A DNA stretch of 26,722 bases from an uncultured Clostridia bacterium. Lineage in GTDB: Bacteria > Bacillota > Clostridia > Christensenellales > Aristaeellaceae. Location: positions 1 to 26,722 of the forward strand of contig CALCTW010000121.1 in the NCBI GenBank assembly GCA_937907055.1, read 5' to 3'. The notes below the pieces were generated by a model, which worked only from the letters and a program-made list of their open reading frames with translations, was not told where the DNA came from and made no database searches. The first letter of the stretch is position 1. Every line of letters starts with the position of its first letter. The position numbers and the translations under genes were made by a program. Shown one piece after another: positions 23,325-26,722 of the stretch.

Positions 23325-23942
23325 ATGCTTTGTCCCCGTTGCGGACTGGAAAATGACGATAACAATACCTATTGCACCAAATGCGGCGCGCGTCTGGACG
23401 GAAAAGAGACGCCCGTGTACACAAATGAGAACGCCGGACAGACGGTGCTTTCCGAAGAGCAGGTAAAGGCCGGAAAGCAGGTGCTGCTGTGGGGGATCCT
23501 CTCGCTGGCGATCCCGGGGCTGACCGTCGCCGTGCTCGGTGAAGTGATCACCCTGACGGAGATGACCGTGATGCTCTTCTACATGATCCTGCTGATCGGC
23601 GCGCTGCTGGGATTTGCCATGGCGATGATCTGCAAAACGAAGATTCGGCATTACCATCAGGAATACGGCATGCTGCAGGGCGCCGGCAGAATCGGTCGCG
23701 GCCTGTCGATCGCCGGGATGTGGATCAATATCCTACTCGGTATCATGAGCGGCATGGTGGTACTGATGTTCAACAGCACCGGCATGAACGGGATGACGCT
23801 GGCCGAACTGCTGGACGGCAGCGGGCTGGGCCAGTTGTTTGACCTGCCGAGATCCGTCCCGACCGCGGCGCCACTGCCTACGGGCACACCGGCGCCGACC
23901 GCGACCCCGATGCCGCTGCCCGGAACGATCGATATGCTGTGA
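23325..23942 (+). CDS. zinc-ribbon membrane protein with Pro/Thr-rich C-terminal tail (205 aa)
   Basis: The ORF is trimmed to ATG 23325, with RBS AGGAGGAAA 7 nt upstream. MLCPRCGLENDDNNTYCTKCG is the zinc ribbon. About four TM segments follow, then the tail PTAAPLPTGTPAPTATPMPLPG. Confidence 0.75.
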   Translation: MLCPRCGLENDDNNTYCTKCGARLDGKETPVYTNENAGQTVLSEEQVKAGKQVLLWGILSLAIPGLTVAVLGEVITLTEMTVMLFYMILLIGALLGFAMAMICKTKIRHYHQEYGMLQGAGRIGRGLSIAGMWINILLGIMSGMVVLMFNSTGMNGMTLAELLDGSGLGQLFDLPRSVPTAAPLPTGTPAPTATPMPLPGTIDML

Positions 23943-23963
23943 GCATACACGAAACACAAAAGC

Positions 23964-23996
23964 AAAGCCCCGCGCGAAAACAGCGCGGGGCTTTTG
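23964..23996. terminator. bidirectional intrinsic terminator (perfect 12-bp stem)
   Basis: AAAGCCCCGCGC (23964..23975) pairs with GCGCGGGGCTTT (23983..23994). It is flanked by an A-run and a T-run and lies between convergent genes. Confidence 0.8.
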
Positions 23997-24027
23997 ATAT
24001 GCAGGAAATTACCTGAAAATGAAGGGA

Positions 24028-24618
24028 TCAGGGCTGATCGGCGCGGACGAAGATGAAGCGGGGGCCGTGATAATCCTCCCGATCCACCGGTTCCAGCCAC
24101 ATGGACGCGGGACGGACCCAGATCTCCCCTCCGCCGTAGAGCGCCTGATAGATGACCATCGGCTCCAGCGTCTCGCTGTTCAGCGCGAGGCCGCGCACCT
24201 GATACGCATCGCCCTTGAAATGGCGGTAATCCCCGGGCGGGATACGGCGGCGGGCGCTTTCCAGGCGAAGGATGGGGAACCAAAGGACATGATCCTGCTC
24301 GGAAATGCCGAGGGAAAGGAGAAACGAAACAGCGTTCAGCTCCTCCGGGAACACAGCACGGTAATGAACACCCGGCGGAAGCATGTGATAGCACAGGCAG
24401 ATGGCGCGCGTATCGGACGCTGTGAGCACACGGATGTGCGATTCCGGCAGAGTAAGCCCTAGCCGATCGGCCGCGACGCGGACACAGGCCTGCGGGATGG
24501 TCTCCCCCGGGAACTGCTGCCCGGAAAGCGGGCCTTCGCCGTCAGCGGTGAAGAACAGGCTGATCGTACCGTCATCCTGCAGGAAGAAAAGTTGGACAGA
24601 AACAGGAGCGTTTTTCAT
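24028..24618 (-). CDS. DUF1653-domain protein with an about 125-aa N-terminal extension
   Basis: The C-terminal YRHFKGDAYQVRGLALNSETLEPMVIYQALYGGGEIWVRPASMWLEPV is the DUF1653 signature. In the N-terminal part, FPGETIPQACVRVAADRLGL resembles a Nudix-box position but lacks the REx2EE glutamates. Confidence 0.7.
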   Translation of the reverse strand: MKNAPVSVQLFFLQDDGTISLFFTADGEGPLSGQQFPGETIPQACVRVAADRLGLTLPESHIRVLTASDTRAICLCYHMLPPGVHYRAVFPEELNAVSFLLSLGISEQDHVLWFPILRLESARRRIPPGDYRHFKGDAYQVRGLALNSETLEPMVIYQALYGGGEIWVRPASMWLEPVDREDYHGPRFIFVRADQP

Positions 24619-24658
24619 GGCGTGATCACCCGTGACCCTTGAATGGATACGCGGAGGA

Positions 24659-26266
24659 TCACTCTGTCACAAGCGCGTGAAGCACTTTGCGGACAGCGCC
24701 CTTGCCTTCCAGCATGGCGTTCAGATACTTTTCGACCTTGGGCGCGACATGGATGGCCACCAGATCCACACCGAAGATATCGGCGCGGCACAGGAAGCTG
24801 TTCAGTTCGCCCTCTTTATACTGATGACCCAGTTTGACATCACCGAAGATGGTGTTGAGCTCCGGCATCATGGGATCCGGGCTCTTTTCAAAGGCATTGC
24901 CCTCGTCATCGATACCGGTGAGATAGCGCAGCCAGGCCGCCAGCACGAAGGGAATGTATTTGAGAGCATTGAGATCGAGCGTACTGCTGGCCGCGTAGGC
25001 GCGGAGCGTGACACCGAAGCGGATGGGCAGCTTCTGACTGGTATCACAGGCGATACGCTGCGGGGCATCGGGCATGAAGACATTGGGCAGACGGACATTG
25101 AGCACGGCGGACAGGAAATCCTCCGGCTTGATGATACCGGGATCGACCACGACGGGCAGACCTTCGGTGTAAGCCATTTTGGTGATGAGGGAGACCAGAT
25201 CCTGATCCTGCATTTCGGTGCAGATGCGGGTGTGACCCAGCATGCAGCCCAGAACCGCCAGCGCGGTGTGGAGGGGATTTAAGCAGGTGCAGACCTTCAT
25301 GCGTTCCGCCTTATCGACGGTATCGCGATCGGTGAAGTAGATGCCGGCATCCTCCAGCGCGGGACGGCCGTTGGGGAACTTATCCTCGATGACGAGATAT
25401 TCCGTTTCCTCCGCGTTGACATAGCAGGCGGTGTAGGTGTTGCGGGTGGTGACGAAGGGCAGCGCGCAATCGACACCGTCATTGAGCAGCATGCCGGAAA
25501 CATCGGTGCCGGGACGCGGGGTGATCTTATCGATCATGCTGATGGGGAAGGAGACCTTCTTTTCGATGTAATTGAGGAACTCCTTGGTGACGAAATTATT
25601 CTCACGCCAGCCCTCGGCGATGTAGAGGATGGCGCCGCGCAGCTTATCGCCGTTGCGGCTGCAGTTATCCATGGAAACGAGGGCAAGCGGCTTGGCATTG
25701 GCCTTGTAGCGGAAGTACAGGCCGGCGCACAGCTTGCCGATGGTGGTCTGCGCGTGATCGGGAGAAAGCATGATATCCTTCTCCACCATGGGCAGCGCGC
25801 GGCCGTTGGCATCGGTGGTGGCATAACCCTTTTCGGTGATGGTGAGAGACACCATCTGCAGAGAAGGCGCGCAGAGGATATGATGGAGACGTTCTTCATC
25901 TTCCCTGTTCGCGCCGTCGCAGCGGAGGGCTTCGGTCATGGAAGCAACGACGGTCTTGCCGCTGATGCCTTCCTTGCCCAGTTCGCAGTAGATGCTGAGA
26001 TTATCGTAGGGCTGATAGGCGCGTTCGATGATATCGCCGTCGAAGCATTCCGCCACGATGACACCGCGATCCGCCTTGCCGGCATTGATGAGTTTCTGGA
26101 GCGCGACAGCGGGGAAGGCACGGAAAATATTGCCCGCGCCGAAATGGAGCCACATGGGCTTGCGGGCTGTGCACTTACGGAGTGCCGCGACATCATACTG
26201 AGGCATGGTAAAGCCCTTGCTCTCCCAGGCCTCCTTATCCTTGATCGACTGTAAATTAAGCAGCAT
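24659..26266 (-). CDS. mannitol-dehydrogenase-family oxidoreductase (tagaturonate/fructuronate-reductase-like)
   Basis: The ORF is trimmed to ATG 26266, with RBS GGAGGAA 6 nt upstream. The N-terminal Rossmann block MWLHFGAGNIFRAFPA resembles the UxaB-type xxFGxGNFxRAF motif. The 535-aa length is typical of the long mannitol_dh family. The specific substrate is not assignable by eye. Confidence 0.75.
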   Translation of the reverse strand: MLLNLQSIKDKEAWESKGFTMPQYDVAALRKCTARKPMWLHFGAGNIFRAFPAVALQKLINAGKADRGVIVAECFDGDIIERAYQPYDNLSIYCELGKEGISGKTVVASMTEALRCDGANREDEERLHHILCAPSLQMVSLTITEKGYATTDANGRALPMVEKDIMLSPDHAQTTIGKLCAGLYFRYKANAKPLALVSMDNCSRNGDKLRGAILYIAEGWRENNFVTKEFLNYIEKKVSFPISMIDKITPRPGTDVSGMLLNDGVDCALPFVTTRNTYTACYVNAEETEYLVIEDKFPNGRPALEDAGIYFTDRDTVDKAERMKVCTCLNPLHTALAVLGCMLGHTRICTEMQDQDLVSLITKMAYTEGLPVVVDPGIIKPEDFLSAVLNVRLPNVFMPDAPQRIACDTSQKLPIRFGVTLRAYAASSTLDLNALKYIPFVLAAWLRYLTGIDDEGNAFEKSPDPMMPELNTIFGDVKLGHQYKEGELNSFLCRADIFGVDLVAIHVAPKVEKYLNAMLEGKGAVRKVLHALVTE

Positions 26267-26329
26267 ATAATATTCCTCCATAAAATAAAGAAATAAAGAG
26301 ATGGATAGAGGCTTGCATTCGTTGAGGTT

Positions 26330-26358
26330 ATTATAAAGCATCCGCGCGGTTTTCGCAA
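26330..26358 (-). promoter_or_regulatory. sigma-70-type promoter (TTGCGA-17-TATAAT) for the reductase/DUF1653 pair
   Basis: Minus strand reads TTGCGA (26358..26353), an exact 17-nt spacer, then TATAAT (26335..26330). Confidence 0.65.
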
Positions 26359-26541
26359 GTAGCAAGAAAAAACAGGAGAAAAAAAGAACAGACCCCGATC
26401 AACGCGGGGCCCGGCGGCATACGAAAGGGTGAAAAAACGCGGATTTCGCGTGTGAAACTACGTGAAACGATGAAGAAAGGATGAGCGGGAGCCGGACAGC
26501 GGAGCAGGCGGGACAGAAAGCAGGAAAAAAGCCCGGAAAAA

Positions 26542-26566
26542 CAAAAAAACTGTCTTTCGACAGTTT
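26542..26566 (-). terminator. intrinsic terminator downstream of the tRNA genes
   Basis: ACTGTC (26549..26554) pairs with GACAGT (26559..26564) around a TTTC loop. On the minus strand it is followed by TTTTTTTG. Confidence 0.75.
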
Positions 26567-26569
26567 TAA

Positions 26570-26644
26570 TGGAGGCGCAGTCCAGAATCGAACTGGAGAA
26601 TAAAGGTTTTGCAGACCTTCGCCTTACCGCTTGGCTACTGCGCC
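26570..26644 (-). tRNA. tRNA-Cys (anticodon GCA), CCA encoded
   Basis: The reverse complement GGCGCAGTAGCCAAGCGGTAAGGCGAAGGTCTGCAAAACCTTTATTCTCCAGTTCGATTCTGGACTGCGCCTCCA folds as a cloverleaf:
- 7-bp acceptor stem GGCGCAG/CTGCGCC.
- Anticodon stem AAGGT/ACCTT with loop CTGCAAA.
- T arm TCCAG-TTCGATT-CTGGA. Confidence 0.95.
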
Positions 26645-26652
26645 TTAAAAAA

Positions 26653-26722
26653 TGGAGCGGTAGACGAGGCTCGGACTCGCGACCTCCACCTTGGCAAGGT
26701 GGCGCTCTACCAACTGAGCTAC
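26653..26722 (-). tRNA. tRNA-Gly (anticodon GCC), 5' end cut by the window edge, CCA encoded
   Basis: The reverse complement is GTAGCTCAGTTGGTAGAGCGCCACCTTGCCAAGGTGGAGGTCGCGAGTCCGAGCCTCGTCTACCGCTCCA. It has D arm GCTC-AGTTGGTA-GAGC, anticodon stem CCACC/GGTGG with loop TTGCCAA, and T arm GCGAG-TCCGAGC-CTCGT. About 6 nt of the 5' acceptor strand are missing. Confidence 0.9.

Overview
This window is a high-GC, Firmicutes/Clostridia-like chromosomal segment with dense housekeeping and carbohydrate-use genes. I found no transposase, integrase, CRISPR array or recognisable canonical defence system.

Gene order, left to right:
- glgP (partial) and malQ, joined by an ATGA stop/start overlap.
- An rRNA-modification pair: a PF10672-type SAM methyltransferase interrupted by one in-frame TAG, followed by an RluA-family pseudouridine synthase.
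- tgt, a sugar-phosphate isomerase/epimerase (TIM barrel), and nrdR.
- A four-gene envelope-type operon: secreted LRR protein, phosphodiester glycosidase (DUF2233), divergent Lgt-like membrane protein, GNAT.
- A 990-aa secreted CE15 glucuronoyl-esterase-like protein, and a 376-aa two-domain GNAT-like protein.
- A lipid-kinase-type block on the minus strand: asp23-like, DAK2/YloV paralog 1, a strong terminator, then a DUF6088/AbiEi-like gene that overlaps DAK2/YloV paralog 2, then degV.
- A lipoprotein, and an array of four small zinc-ribbon/DUF4190-type membrane proteins, including a tandem duplication that carries its own promoter and leader hairpin.
- A DUF1653 fusion protein, a mannitol-dehydrogenase-family (uronate reductase-like) gene, and tRNA-Cys(GCA) plus a partial tRNA-Gly(GCC).

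Many near-consensus sigma-70 promoters (exact 16-18 bp spacers) and intrinsic terminators can be read directly.

Most notable observations:
- The orphan AbiEi-like/DUF6088 gene fused transcriptionally to a second fatty-acid-kinase-like module.
- The in-frame TAG, seen against zero TAG terminators in 24 complete CDS.
- A recurrent TGATC(C) stop context.
- The duplicated zinc-ribbon membrane-protein array.
- A 326-bp repeat-containing non-coding region.
- Atypical features of the Lgt-like and CE15 proteins.

All family assignments come from motif recognition by eye. No database search was run.
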